The translations under genes and the position numbers were made by a program. This document shows positions 16,448 to 25,701 of a stretch of DNA of 31,543 bases, piece after piece. How positions within the stretch are numbered: position 1 is the stretch's first letter; each line of letters starts with the position of its first letter. Origin of the DNA: an uncultured bacterium (GTDB taxonomy: Bacteria; AUK180); the NCBI GenBank assembly GCA_937863565.1, contig CALMGJ010000036.1:1-31543 (forward strand), written 5' to 3'. The notes under the pieces are model-generated. The model did not search any database. It was not told the origin of the DNA and worked only from the letters and a program-made list of their open reading frames with translations.

Positions 16448-17881
16448 TCATTTAAGTTTTTTCCGTATAGATGCCTTCGGGATATTGAGCGATTCCCTGT
16501 ATTTGGCGATAGTCCTTCTCGCTACGATGATCCCGTGCTTCATTTTCAACAGTTTCGAGATCTGAAGGTCGGACAGCGGTTTCTCCGGTTCTTCAGCGGC
16601 GATCTTCGTCCTTATGTGTTCCTTCACTACCTTCGAAGCCACTCCCTCATCATTGTTCTCGTCCTCGATATCCAGTTTGCTCGAGAAGAAATACTTCAGT
16701 TGATAGATGCCGCTGCTCGTCTGGACATACTTGTTCCTTGTGATCCTGCTTATCGTGGATTCGTGCATCTGCACTTTCTCGGCGATCTCCTTCAAGGTCA
16801 AAGGCTTCAATCCCATTACGCCGTCCTTCAGGAATTTGAACTGTATCTCGAATATATTCTTCGTGATCATGTACAGGCTTTTCCGTCTCTGGTATATACC
16901 CTTCATGATGAAAAGCGCGTTCTCGTATTTAGCTTTCATGCGTTCGTATTCCTGCCGGGAGAAAGTCTTCTCATTGTTTATCTGTTCATAATATCCCGTG
17001 TTAAGCCTGTATTTCGACATGAGGTCCTCATTGAGTATGATGACAAGTTCCCCTTTCTCATTAACCGCGACGATAACGTCCGGAGTTATGTACTGCACAT
17101 CCGTATCGGAGAACTGTCTGCCCGGAATGGTCTCGAATTCTTTTATCTTTTCCCTGACCCTTTCTATATCGTGCGGGCTGACATTCTCCGTTCTGGCTAT
17201 CTCCTCGAACTTAAGAGCAAGAAATTCCTCCCAATGCTCGTTTACGACCCTGTAGGCGAGAGAACGGACGCCTATATGCATCTTTATCTGGACCAGCAGA
17301 GCTTCTCTGGGGTTTAGGGAGCAGCAGCCGATCGGATCGAATGTCTGCAGGACCTCCCTTACAGCTGCGATCTTCTCGGCGTTGATATCGAGACCGGGAT
17401 ATCTTTTTTGAATGTCCAGAAGAATATCAAGAGGGGAAAGCGAAAGGAACCCCTTGTCATCCAGATTCCCGATCATGTAAGTCGCCACCGTCTTTTCCCA
17501 TTCCTGATCGAAATACGTATACACCTGAATCGAAAGATGTTCCTCGAGCGTTTCCTTATATGAAAGCGTACTTTCGATCACATCCTCTTCGGGTGCTTCA
17601 GGCCGCGTAAAATCATCCCCGAAAGATGTGTCCGTAATATACTCCTCGGGGATCTCCGGAATGCTCCTGTCGGGTCTTTCTTCGGCTGCCTCGCTCTCCT
17701 CGCTCGTCGTTACTTCCTCCAGGAACGGATTTTCAAGATGCTCTTTTTCGATCTTCTCCTTGAGCTCCAATGTGGAAAGCTCCATGATCTTCATTGTTTG
17801 TATCAGGGCGGGCGTCAGCCTCAGTTCTTGAGCGAGTTTCTGTTTGATCTCCAGATTAAGTCCGTAACCTTTATTGTTCAT
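16448..17881 (-). CDS. rpoN: RNA polymerase sigma-54 factor
   Basis: Region I LTPALIQTMKIMELSTLEL, HESTISR and RpoN box ARRTIAKYRE. Confidence 0.98.
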   Translation of the reverse strand: MNNKGYGLNLEIKQKLAQELRLTPALIQTMKIMELSTLELKEKIEKEHLENPFLEEVTTSEESEAAEERPDRSIPEIPEEYITDTSFGDDFTRPEAPEEDVIESTLSYKETLEEHLSIQVYTYFDQEWEKTVATYMIGNLDDKGFLSLSPLDILLDIQKRYPGLDINAEKIAAVREVLQTFDPIGCCSLNPREALLVQIKMHIGVRSLAYRVVNEHWEEFLALKFEEIARTENVSPHDIERVREKIKEFETIPGRQFSDTDVQYITPDVIVAVNEKGELVIILNEDLMSKYRLNTGYYEQINNEKTFSRQEYERMKAKYENALFIMKGIYQRRKSLYMITKNIFEIQFKFLKDGVMGLKPLTLKEIAEKVQMHESTISRITRNKYVQTSSGIYQLKYFFSSKLDIEDENNDEGVASKVVKEHIRTKIAAEEPEKPLSDLQISKLLKMKHGIIVARRTIAKYRESLNIPKASIRKKLK

Positions 17882-18609
17882 AGATCGAAACTTTTCCCTA
17901 AATAATAGTTCTTGACTGCCGGATCATTAATCAGCACTTCGGCATTTCCGCTAAGCAGGATATTCCCTTCGAATATTATATAAGAATATTCAGTTATTTT
18001 CAATGTTTCACGCACGTTATGATCGGTAATCAGGATACCGATGTTCCTGTTCTTAAGACCGATGATGATCTGCTGAAGGTCCTCTATCGATTTCGGATCG
18101 ACCCCGGTGAAAGGTTCGTCAAGAAGGATGAAATCAGGGTCTGAGGCAAGAGCGCGGGCGATCTCAACCCTTCTTGTTTCGCCTCCGGAAAGCTGATATC
18201 CCAGATTATCCTTAAGTTTTGCTATATTCAGGTCTTCCAGAAGGGACATCGCACGGGCTCTTATAGCGGCGCGGTCCCCCATCTTGTATTCCAGAACAGC
18301 CGCGATATTTTCGTAAACAGTCAGATTGCGGAAAATGGACTTCTCCTGAGGAAGGTATGTTATCCCCATCCGGCCTCTCTGCCACATCGGCATTTTCGAG
18401 ATGTCCTTGCCGTCGAGTGAGATGGATCCGCCGTCGGGTTTAACGATCCCGACTATCATATAGAAACTGGTAGTTTTTCCTGCGCCGTTAGGGCCGAGAA
18501 GCCCGACAATGCTGCCTTTCTTCACTGTGAGGGAGACATCTTTTACAACTTCCCGTTTGCGGTAAGTTTTTTTGAGATTAAAGGCTTTCAACCCCGTTTC
18601 AGCGTCCAT
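17878..18609 (-). CDS. lptB: LPS export ABC ATPase
   Basis: GLLGPNGAGKTTSFYMIVG, YLPQEKSIFR, LSGGETRRVEIAR, LLDEPFTGVDP, ITDHNVRETL. Confidence 0.97.
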   Translation of the reverse strand: MDAETGLKAFNLKKTYRKREVVKDVSLTVKKGSIVGLLGPNGAGKTTSFYMIVGIVKPDGGSISLDGKDISKMPMWQRGRMGITYLPQEKSIFRNLTVYENIAAVLEYKMGDRAAIRARAMSLLEDLNIAKLKDNLGYQLSGGETRRVEIARALASDPDFILLDEPFTGVDPKSIEDLQQIIIGLKNRNIGILITDHNVRETLKITEYSYIIFEGNILLSGNAEVLINDPAVKNYYLGKSFDL

Positions 18610-19120
18610 TCTTTTTATTAATCTCCGTTTCCCCGGATATGATCTCCCCGATCACCACTTCGCTGAATCCCTTTTCTGCTGTCAGATGCCGGCCCCGGAG
18701 AGAAGTGCCTTTTACTTTATCGATAAAAGTGAAATCACCGGGGATATCCATTCTGTCCCCGGCTATACTGTATTGCATCAGGTCGCACTTAAGCGTCCTG
18801 TTGCCGTCCTCATAGACGACATTGCCCTGCAATTCCATTGAGATATGCATGACCATAACGCCCTTTTTCCCCGAGATCACGGACTTGCCGCTATCAGCGG
18901 TAAGTTCGACGGTGCAGTTCTGAGCATAGAGCCTGTTCCCTTTCATGATAACATCGCTGCCGCGGAAGGTCCATTTTTCCGCGCTCTTCATGCTTCCGTT
19001 CAGCACAAGTTCCGATATCTGGAAATCGGCATTGATAAAACTTGCGAGGCCCGACATCTTCCCGGAACATCCCGAAAGAGCGAGAAAGAGAATGAAGACG
19101 GCAAAACTATTTCTTCTCAC
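18599..19120 (-). CDS. lptC: LptC/LptA (OstA-like) beta-jellyroll lipoprotein
   Basis: GTG start, lipobox LSG-C, all-beta pattern (MELQGNVVY...TLKCDLMQY); lies between kdsC and lptB. Confidence 0.7.
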   Translation of the reverse strand: MRRNSFAVFILFLALSGCSGKMSGLASFINADFQISELVLNGSMKSAEKWTFRGSDVIMKGNRLYAQNCTVELTADSGKSVISGKKGVMVMHISMELQGNVVYEDGNRTLKCDLMQYSIAGDRMDIPGDFTFIDKVKGTSLRGRHLTAEKGFSEVVIGEIISGETEINKKNGR

Positions 19121-19589
19121 TGAGAATCCTGTCGATCAGCTCTCTGACCGCACCGCGCCCGCCCTTTTTATTAAGTATGATATCCGATTCAGCGAGTACA
19201 GCAGGATGCGCATCCGAGGGGCAGGCGAATAGTGCGACCTCGGGTTTAGCAGCAAGATCCGGAATATCGTCGCCTATGAAAACCGCTTCTTCGCGGTCAA
19301 CGCCTTCCCGTTCAAGGATGTTCTTTACGATCCCGCCCTTATCCGCGCCCGAAGTAAATACAAGGCCGCAGTTTAATTCCGATGCCCTATTCTCTGTCGA
19401 CGCATCCTTCCTGCCGGTTATCCAGTATATCTTCATCCCGCTCTTAAGCGCATATTCGATCCCTTGGCCGTCGCGCGTGGAGAAAACTTTCCCGTATGGC
19501 CCGTCGTTCATGATGATCAGCCGGCCGTCCGTCAGGACACCGTCAACATCTGTGAACACTATCTTGATTTTTTTCAGAGACCGGGTCAT
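19107..19589 (-). CDS. kdsC: KDO-8-phosphate phosphatase (HAD family)
   Basis: [32 protein letters not shown]. Confidence 0.93.
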   Translation of the reverse strand: MTRSLKKIKIVFTDVDGVLTDGRLIIMNDGPYGKVFSTRDGQGIEYALKSGMKIYWITGRKDASTENRASELNCGLVFTSGADKGGIVKNILEREGVDREEAVFIGDDIPDLAAKPEVALFACPSDAHPAVLAESDIILNKKGGRGAVRELIDRILSEKK

Positions 19590-20692
19590 ACTATTTTTTT
19601 CTCTGTTTCTTTATCGAAGAAATGCACATGTTCCATGTCCAGGATGATTTCTATCGTATCCCCGCTTTTGATCTTTATCCTCGGGTCGAAACGACCGGTG
19701 AATCCGGTATGGGCCGTTTTGAAATAAATGTATATCTCAGAACCCATCGGTTCGATCACATCCGCAGTTGCCTTTATTGAAGTGAAGGGTTTAGCGTCCG
19801 GAACGAAGATCTTATCGTCGACATTCTCCGGTCGGAACCCAAGGAATACTTCCTTCCCTGCATACTTTTCCATTTCAGGGATATGGTCCTTGAATATAAT
19901 AAGATTCACATTGTCCCCGGACGTGAAGAACAGGCTGTTGTCCCTGTTTTTTATAGTTCCGGTTATGAAGTTCATCGACGGAGAACCGATGAAACCCGCA
20001 ACGAATTTATTCACCGGTTGATTGTACATGACTATCGGATCGCAGATCTGATGTATGATGCCGTCCTTCATTATAACGATCTGCTCGCCCATCGTCATCG
20101 CTTCCATCTGATCATGTGTCACATATATCATTGTGGTCTGAAGTTTGTTGTGCAGTTTCTGAAGTTCGGCCCGCATTTGCACCCTCAGTTTCGCATCCAG
20201 GTTAGAAAGAGGTTCGTCGAAGAGGAATACATTGGGTTTTCTCACGATAGCGCGGCCTACGGCCACCCTCTGTCTTTGTCCGCCGGAAAGCACTTTAGGT
20301 TTTTTATCCAGATATTTCGTTATATCGAGGATCTCCGCGGCTTCATTGACCCTTTCTTTGATCTCGGTGTTCTTATACTTTCTCATTTTCAAACCGAAGG
20401 CCATGTTCTCGTAAACGGTCATATGAGGATATAGGGCGTAATTCTGGAAGACCATGGCAATATCCCTGTCTTTGGGCGAAATGTCATTGACGACCTTTCC
20501 GTCGATCGAAATCTCGCCGGAAGAGACCGTTTCAAGGCCCGCGATCATTCTTAGAGTCGTTGTTTTACCGCATCCGCTGGGTCCTACGATTACAGTGAAC
20601 TGTTTATCCGGAATGACAAGATCGATCTTCTTCACGGCATGGAATCCGTTCTCGTAGATCTTATCAACCTGTTTCAACACTACTTCAGCCAT
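19586..20692 (-). CDS. Carbohydrate ABC transporter ATPase (MalK/MsmX/UgpC family)
   Basis: [52 protein letters not shown] and a C-terminal TOBE region. Confidence 0.96.
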   Translation of the reverse strand: MAEVVLKQVDKIYENGFHAVKKIDLVIPDKQFTVIVGPSGCGKTTTLRMIAGLETVSSGEISIDGKVVNDISPKDRDIAMVFQNYALYPHMTVYENMAFGLKMRKYKNTEIKERVNEAAEILDITKYLDKKPKVLSGGQRQRVAVGRAIVRKPNVFLFDEPLSNLDAKLRVQMRAELQKLHNKLQTTMIYVTHDQMEAMTMGEQIVIMKDGIIHQICDPIVMYNQPVNKFVAGFIGSPSMNFITGTIKNRDNSLFFTSGDNVNLIIFKDHIPEMEKYAGKEVFLGFRPENVDDKIFVPDAKPFTSIKATADVIEPMGSEIYIYFKTAHTGFTGRFDPRIKIKSGDTIEIILDMEHVHFFDKETEKKIV

Positions 20693-20695
20693 CGC

Positions 20696-21961
20696 TCACT
20701 CCTTAAGAAAATCCCCGAGAAGGTACAAGGATCCCGTAACAACGAGCAGATCACGCTTGTTGAGACGTTTTTTCACGATCTCCCTGGCATCTCGGATCTT
20801 ATTATATATATTATATGTTTTTGCATATCTTTTCAAGTGTTTCTTGTAAGAATCAGTGCTTCTTGCACGGTCTGATTCGAATGTGGTCACATTGACTTCA
20901 TCGAAAAGAGGAAAAAGGAGTTCGGCCACCCTGCTCAAGGGCTTCTTCTTTACCATTCCGAAAAGGAGACATTTCCTTCCCTTAACGGTTTTTAAGATCC
21001 TCCGGAGCTCTTCACGGAGCGAAACCGCCCCTGAAGTATTATGACATCCGTCTATTATGATCAGCGGCCTTGCGGAAATCGTTGTAAGACGGCCTTTCCA
21101 GGAAGTCCTTTCCAGCGCTCTTTTCAAAACGCCCTTCCCCGGAGGGCCATAAAGCGCGATGAATGCGGTAAGGGCGGTACGCAGATTTTTTATCTGATGG
21201 CCGCCCAGTAAAGAAAACCTCAGCTCTCCGTGATCCTTTCCGCAGAGTTTTAACCTTATTCTCTGGTAATCACCTTCCGTATTTTGCCTTCGAACATCTA
21301 TATCGGGTTCGGCAATGAAGATCCCTTTTCTTCTGGCGCCTTCGCATAAAATTACATTCCTTATGCGCGGATTCTCTTCTCCTGTGCAGAAGGGAACGCC
21401 TTTTTTAACGATGCCGCACTTCTCCGTTGCGATCTTCGTTTTCGTGTCTCCGAGAAGCCTTTTATGTTCATAATCTATCATCGTGATCACGCTGCACTGC
21501 GGCGTTATGATATTGGTGGCGTCAAGACGGCCCCCCAATCCCACTTCCATGATCGCAATATCTGATTTCATATCGCGGAAATAAAGGATGGCGACCAGTG
21601 TCGATATCTCGAAAAATGAAGGATCGATGCCATCCGATTTCGCCCTTTTCATAACGATGCCGAGATATCTTTTCAAAGGGGCATCGCCGATCTCTTTTCT
21701 TCCGAATCTGAACCGTTCATTGTAATTCACAAGATGGGGCGATGTGAACAATCCGGTTCTAAGTCCTCTTTCTATACATAGACTTTCAAGCACGGCGCAA
21801 ACGGAGCCTTTTCCGTTGGAGCCTGTCACATGTATGAATTGAAGGTCCTTCTCAGGGTTCCCGAACGCAGCGGCAAGCCTTCTGATGTTCTTCAGATCGT
21901 ATTTGATATCGCTTTGTTTCTTGTTGTATATTAATTGAAGGTACCCATTGTCAATTGCCAT
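20696..21961 (-). CDS. folC: Folylpolyglutamate synthase/dihydrofolate synthase
   Basis: IHVTGSNGKGS, FTSPHL, EVGLGGRLDATN, IDGCHN, VTGSLYLLG. Confidence 0.96.
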   Translation of the reverse strand: MAIDNGYLQLIYNKKQSDIKYDLKNIRRLAAAFGNPEKDLQFIHVTGSNGKGSVCAVLESLCIERGLRTGLFTSPHLVNYNERFRFGRKEIGDAPLKRYLGIVMKRAKSDGIDPSFFEISTLVAILYFRDMKSDIAIMEVGLGGRLDATNIITPQCSVITMIDYEHKRLLGDTKTKIATEKCGIVKKGVPFCTGEENPRIRNVILCEGARRKGIFIAEPDIDVRRQNTEGDYQRIRLKLCGKDHGELRFSLLGGHQIKNLRTALTAFIALYGPPGKGVLKRALERTSWKGRLTTISARPLIIIDGCHNTSGAVSLREELRRILKTVKGRKCLLFGMVKKKPLSRVAELLFPLFDEVNVTTFESDRARSTDSYKKHLKRYAKTYNIYNKIRDAREIVKKRLNKRDLLVVTGSLYLLGDFLKE

Positions 21962-22796
21962 TGAGATACTCCAGAAGCTTCGACAGTGTGGATTTGAAAT
22001 CTTTCCTCTTTACGATCATGTCAATCATGCCGTGTTCGAGCAGGAATTCGGATTTCTGGAAACCCTCGGGAAGCTCCTGTTTAATCGTCTGCTGGATAAC
22101 ACGCGGGCCGGCGAAACAGATCAGCGCGTTCGGCTCGGCGATATTGATATCCCCCAGCATGGCAAATGACGCCGTCACTCCGCCGGTCGTCGGGTCTAGA
22201 AGAATACTGATATAAGGAAGGCCTTCCCTGTCCAGGAGTGCAAGGGCGGCCGAAGTCTTTGCCATTTGCATGAGCGAGAAGATCGATTCCTGCATTCTCG
22301 CGCCGCCGGAGGATGATACTATGATAACCGGCCTCCGGTTCTCTATCGCGTGTTCTATAAGACGGGCTATCTTCTCACCTTCCGCCGATCCTAATGAACC
22401 GCCCATGAATTCGAAATTTAAAAAACCGATGGCAACATCTTTTCCGTCTATGCGGCCTTCACCGCATATGAAGGCGGAACGCTGATTGTTTTGACTTTCC
22501 GCTTTCGCTATGCGCTTTTTGTAAGGAAGAGAGTCCTTGAAATCGAGAGGATCCTCCGTCCCGACCGTGGCGAAAAGTTCGCGGAAACTGTCCTCATCAA
22601 GGATGAAGCGGATCTTTTCGGAAAACGTGAGACGGAAATGATATCCGCATTTCCCGCATACATATTCCGTTTCTATAAGAGTTTTCAACCAGATGATCTC
22701 GCCGCAATTGTCACACTTGCGCCAGACTTCTTTATTGATGTCAACGGGACTGTTATCCGCTTTAACCGGCTTGTTTTTTCTGCTGAACCAGCCCAT
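21951..22796 (-). CDS. accD: Acetyl-CoA carboxylase carboxyltransferase beta subunit
   Basis: Zn finger CDNC...CGKC, FMGGSLG, SSGGARMQE, PTTGGVTASFAMLGD, FAGPRVIQQT. Confidence 0.97.
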   Translation of the reverse strand: MGWFSRKNKPVKADNSPVDINKEVWRKCDNCGEIIWLKTLIETEYVCGKCGYHFRLTFSEKIRFILDEDSFRELFATVGTEDPLDFKDSLPYKKRIAKAESQNNQRSAFICGEGRIDGKDVAIGFLNFEFMGGSLGSAEGEKIARLIEHAIENRRPVIIVSSSGGARMQESIFSLMQMAKTSAALALLDREGLPYISILLDPTTGGVTASFAMLGDINIAEPNALICFAGPRVIQQTIKQELPEGFQKSEFLLEHGMIDMIVKRKDFKSTLSKLLEYLNGN

Positions 22797-22804
22797 CTAA
22801 ATTC

Positions 22805-23569
22805 CTATATTTCGATTACTTCATCCTCGTAAAGAAGACGCAGTTTAAGATCGACCCTCTTCGGGAACAGATCCTGAACGATGTCATCGATGAACATCGG
22901 TTTTATATGATATATGTAGATATCCGTATTCCTGTGTTTTAGTTTATCGAGCTCGTCACGAAGAAGCTCCGGGGAAAGATGCTTGCTGATCTGGGCAATG
23001 TTCTTGAGTTTATCCGGGAAAGAGACCTCTATTATCATTCCGTCAAGGCGGTCGAGTTTATTTATATATTCCCACATCTTGGGAGCCCTTATCATATCGC
23101 CCGTGTACAGGAAATTCTTCTCCCCCTCCTTAATGAGAAAAGCGCTTGAAGGAACGATATGTTCCGTTTCCAGGGGGATCACTTCGAGTCCGTTAACCTT
23201 CACCGTTTCCCCGAAGTTCACTTCATTGAAAGAGATCCTGGGTGCGCCTTCGGAAGGTAATTTCGTGAAATCCACCCAAACATCTTTGGTGAACAGATGC
23301 TTTTTCAGCGAATCTATTACGGCAGGTATGGCATGCAGATATATCGTATTCTTCGTTAAAGAGAAGATATTGTCTATAAAGAAAGCGATACCGACGATAT
23401 GATCGAGATGGGCATGCGTAATGAAAATATGTTCGATCTTCAACTGATCCTCCAGTTCGATGATATTCAATGAACCGGCATCGAAAACAATGGTATTGTT
23501 CACCAGAAAAGTTGAAAGATGATATGTGGCGAGGGATGCCCCGTACGCACCTACGACTTTTATTCTCAT
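22805..23569 (-). CDS. MBL-fold metallohydrolase, probable class II 3',5'-cyclic nucleotide phosphodiesterase
   Basis: FDAGS, ITHAHLDHIVG (class II PDE-type HxHLDH), EHIVPS, YTGD, IEVSFP, HLSP, YHIKP. No signal peptide. Confidence 0.82.
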   Translation of the reverse strand: MRIKVVGAYGASLATYHLSTFLVNNTIVFDAGSLNIIELEDQLKIEHIFITHAHLDHIVGIAFFIDNIFSLTKNTIYLHAIPAVIDSLKKHLFTKDVWVDFTKLPSEGAPRISFNEVNFGETVKVNGLEVIPLETEHIVPSSAFLIKEGEKNFLYTGDMIRAPKMWEYINKLDRLDGMIIEVSFPDKLKNIAQISKHLSPELLRDELDKLKHRNTDIYIYHIKPMFIDDIVQDLFPKRVDLKLRLLYEDEVIEI

Positions 23570-23604
23570 GTGTTTATTGTATAGAATAATATGGAAAAAA
23601 TCAA
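23570..23604 (-). promoter_or_regulatory. Putative sigma70 promoter, leaderless, heading the 15-kb gene run
   Basis: TTGATT (23604-23599), 17 nt, TACAAT (23581-23576), 6 nt, ATG (23569). No SD. Confidence 0.68.
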
Positions 23605-23620
23605 GAAAATTTTAAAAATA

Positions 23621-23649
23621 TTGACTTATTTCCTGTTTTCTTATAAGAT
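23621..23649 (+). promoter_or_regulatory. Putative sigma70 promoter of pta
   Basis: TTGACT (23621-23626), 17 nt, TAAGAT (23644-23649), with an AT-rich upstream tract. Back-to-back with the divergent promoter. Confidence 0.68.
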
Positions 23650-23671
23650 ATCTCAAAATCGTGAGGTCAAT

Positions 23672-24655
23672 ATGAACGTCAGGGACGAACTCCGTGAAAA
23701 AGCTGCTAAACTGGGAAGGACCGTGATCCTCCCCGAGGGAGGTGATGAGAGGACGATAAAAGCCGCGCTGATACTGAAAAAGGAAGGGATAGCCGAACCG
23801 GTCATTGTCGGTACCGTGAACTCGGTAAAAGACGCTGCGAAAGGTGCGGACATATCTTCACTCAGGATCATATATCCTGAAGATTTCGGGGATAGAGACA
23901 TATTTATTAAAGAACATGCCGGAAAAAGAGCTTTGAAGGGCGTATCTTTCGAGACGGCGAAAGAAGAGATCATGAATGAATTGAATTTCGGGGCCATGCT
24001 TCTTAAAAAGGGATACGGCGATATTGCCGTCGCGGGTGCGGTCAATACTACCGCTGATGTTCTCAGGGCCGGCCTGCGCATACTGGGGACGAAGGAAGGT
24101 ATCCGTACTGTTTCAAGTTTCTTTTTAATGATACTGCCCAATGGGAAGTTCGGGAAAAATGGAGCACTGTTCTTCGCCGACTGTGCCGTTATACCGGACC
24201 CGACTCCCGAACAACTTGCCGATATAGCTTCGGCCACAGCCGAAAATGCAAAGAAGCTCCTTGACCTCGAACCCCGTGTTGCTTTTCTTTCATTCTCCAC
24301 AAAGGGATCGGCAGTGACCTCTCATACGGAGAAAATAGTTAATGCCGTCAATATACTAAAAAATAGAACACCCGGTTTTCTCTTTGACGGGGAGATGCAA
24401 GCGGACGCGGCGCTGGTGGAGGAAGTAGGGTTAAAGAAAGCAAAGGGCTCCCCTGTTGCCGGAAAGGCTAATGTGCTTATTTTCCCTGATCTTAATTCAG
24501 GTAATATTGGATATAAACTTGTCCAGCGCTTAGCGGGCGCCATGGCTTTCGGACCCATTCTTCAGGGATTTTCAAAGCCTCTTTGCGATCTTTCGAGAGG
24601 TTGTTCCGCTGAAGATATCGTCGATACTGCAGCGGTCTGCGCATTGATGAGCTAG
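23672..24655 (+). CDS. pta: Phosphate acetyltransferase (short form)
   Basis: VILPEG, VSSFFLM, FADCAVIPDP, LSFSTKGS, DGEMQADAA, FPDLNSGNIGYK, DLSRGCS. True start at ATG 23672 after SD GAGGT (23663-23667). Confidence 0.95.
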   Translation: MNVRDELREKAAKLGRTVILPEGGDERTIKAALILKKEGIAEPVIVGTVNSVKDAAKGADISSLRIIYPEDFGDRDIFIKEHAGKRALKGVSFETAKEEIMNELNFGAMLLKKGYGDIAVAGAVNTTADVLRAGLRILGTKEGIRTVSSFFLMILPNGKFGKNGALFFADCAVIPDPTPEQLADIASATAENAKKLLDLEPRVAFLSFSTKGSAVTSHTEKIVNAVNILKNRTPGFLFDGEMQADAALVEEVGLKKAKGSPVAGKANVLIFPDLNSGNIGYKLVQRLAGAMAFGPILQGFSKPLCDLSRGCSAEDIVDTAAVCALMS

Positions 24656-25701
24656 CCGGCAGAGCTTGAATTGACGATCTTGACGAAAAGATCGAATACC
24701 TGCGGATCGAACAATTTTCCGGAGTTCTTCTGCATGATCTCAATCGTTTCTTCAACTGAATAAGCAGGCCTGTAGACCCTGTCCGTTGACATTGCATCGA
24801 AGAAATCTGCGATCCGGATCACTCTGCTCTGGAACGGTATCTCCTCCTTTTTAAGGCCGGTAGGGTATCCGGAACCGTCGAAATTCTCATGATGATATTT
24901 AACAAACGGAGCTATGTCCCTTAAAGATTCGATCGAACTTAGAACATCAGCGCCGATATCGGCATGCCTCTCTATGACCTTTCTGCTTTCGAAATTGAGA
25001 AGGTTCGGCGAGTTCAGGATCGAATCGGATATGCCTATCTTCCCTATATCGTGAAGAAATCCGGCGATCTTGATATCCTCGATCTCCTTTCTCTGCATCC
25101 CCGATTGAGAAGCCATGATGACGGAGAGTTCCGATACTTTTTCCGAATGTTTTTTTGTATAGAAATCCCTCACCTCCAAGAGTTTCAGCAGCATGTCGAT
25201 GAGGTCCATAGCGAGTTTATTGTATCTTGTGCTCAGCGTTCTCGTCTGTTCGCTTTTATGTATGAGCTCGCTCTCCCTGTTCGATATCCTGCGGGACATC
25301 TCGCCCATGTTCTTCTTTATATTGGTGATCCTTTCCTGTTTCAGCAGTATCTTCTCAACCCATACCTCCATTTCTTCGAGTTTGGAATCCTTGGACAGAT
25401 ACACTTCTGCTCCCAGTTTCAAACCCCTGATCTCCGTATCCGTTTCATCCTGCGTTGAGAAAAGGATTACGGGAATATTGCTGGTTTCGGCATTGAGTTT
25501 GATCTGGAAAAGGATATTGAACCCGTCTATATCGGGCAATACCTTGTCAAGAATGATGATATCCGGAGAATTCTTTTCTATGAAATCGAAGAAAGAGCGG
25601 CCGTCCGCAACGGTAGACACCTCGAAGTCCTTTTTTGAAAAGTACTCTTTCAGCGTCTTCCTGATGACCAGCGAATCGTCAACTACCAGCATATGTTTCA
25701 T
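24652..25701 (-). CDS. REC + coiled coil + HD-GYP cyclic-dinucleotide phosphodiesterase response regulator
   Basis: REC (LVVDDS, IIILDKVLPDIDG); HD-GYP motifs LEVRDFYTKKHS, LHDIGKIG, HHENFDGSGYP, IADFFDAM, DRVYR. Confidence 0.94.
   Translation of the reverse strand: MKHMLVVDDSLVIRKTLKEYFSKKDFEVSTVADGRSFFDFIEKNSPDIIILDKVLPDIDGFNILFQIKLNAETSNIPVILFSTQDETDTEIRGLKLGAEVYLSKDSKLEEMEVWVEKILLKQERITNIKKNMGEMSRRISNRESELIHKSEQTRTLSTRYNKLAMDLIDMLLKLLEVRDFYTKKHSEKVSELSVIMASQSGMQRKEIEDIKIAGFLHDIGKIGISDSILNSPNLLNFESRKVIERHADIGADVLSSIESLRDIAPFVKYHHENFDGSGYPTGLKKEEIPFQSRVIRIADFFDAMSTDRVYRPAYSVEETIEIMQKNSGKLFDPQVFDLFVKIVNSSSAG

Noticed and set aside
16007..17317. 436-aa plus-strand ORF
   Set aside because: Antisense shadow of rpoN/hpf with no recognisable motifs; long antisense ORFs occur throughout this window.
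7014..22796. Ancestral accD-folC-dedD operon split by a 12-kb insertion
   Set aside because: The SPOR call is unproven, the long N-terminus is unlike DedD, and no insertion scars are seen.
23591..23671. 27-aa N-terminal extension of Pta in the ORF track
   Set aside because: It spans the promoter region; the SD supports ATG 23672.
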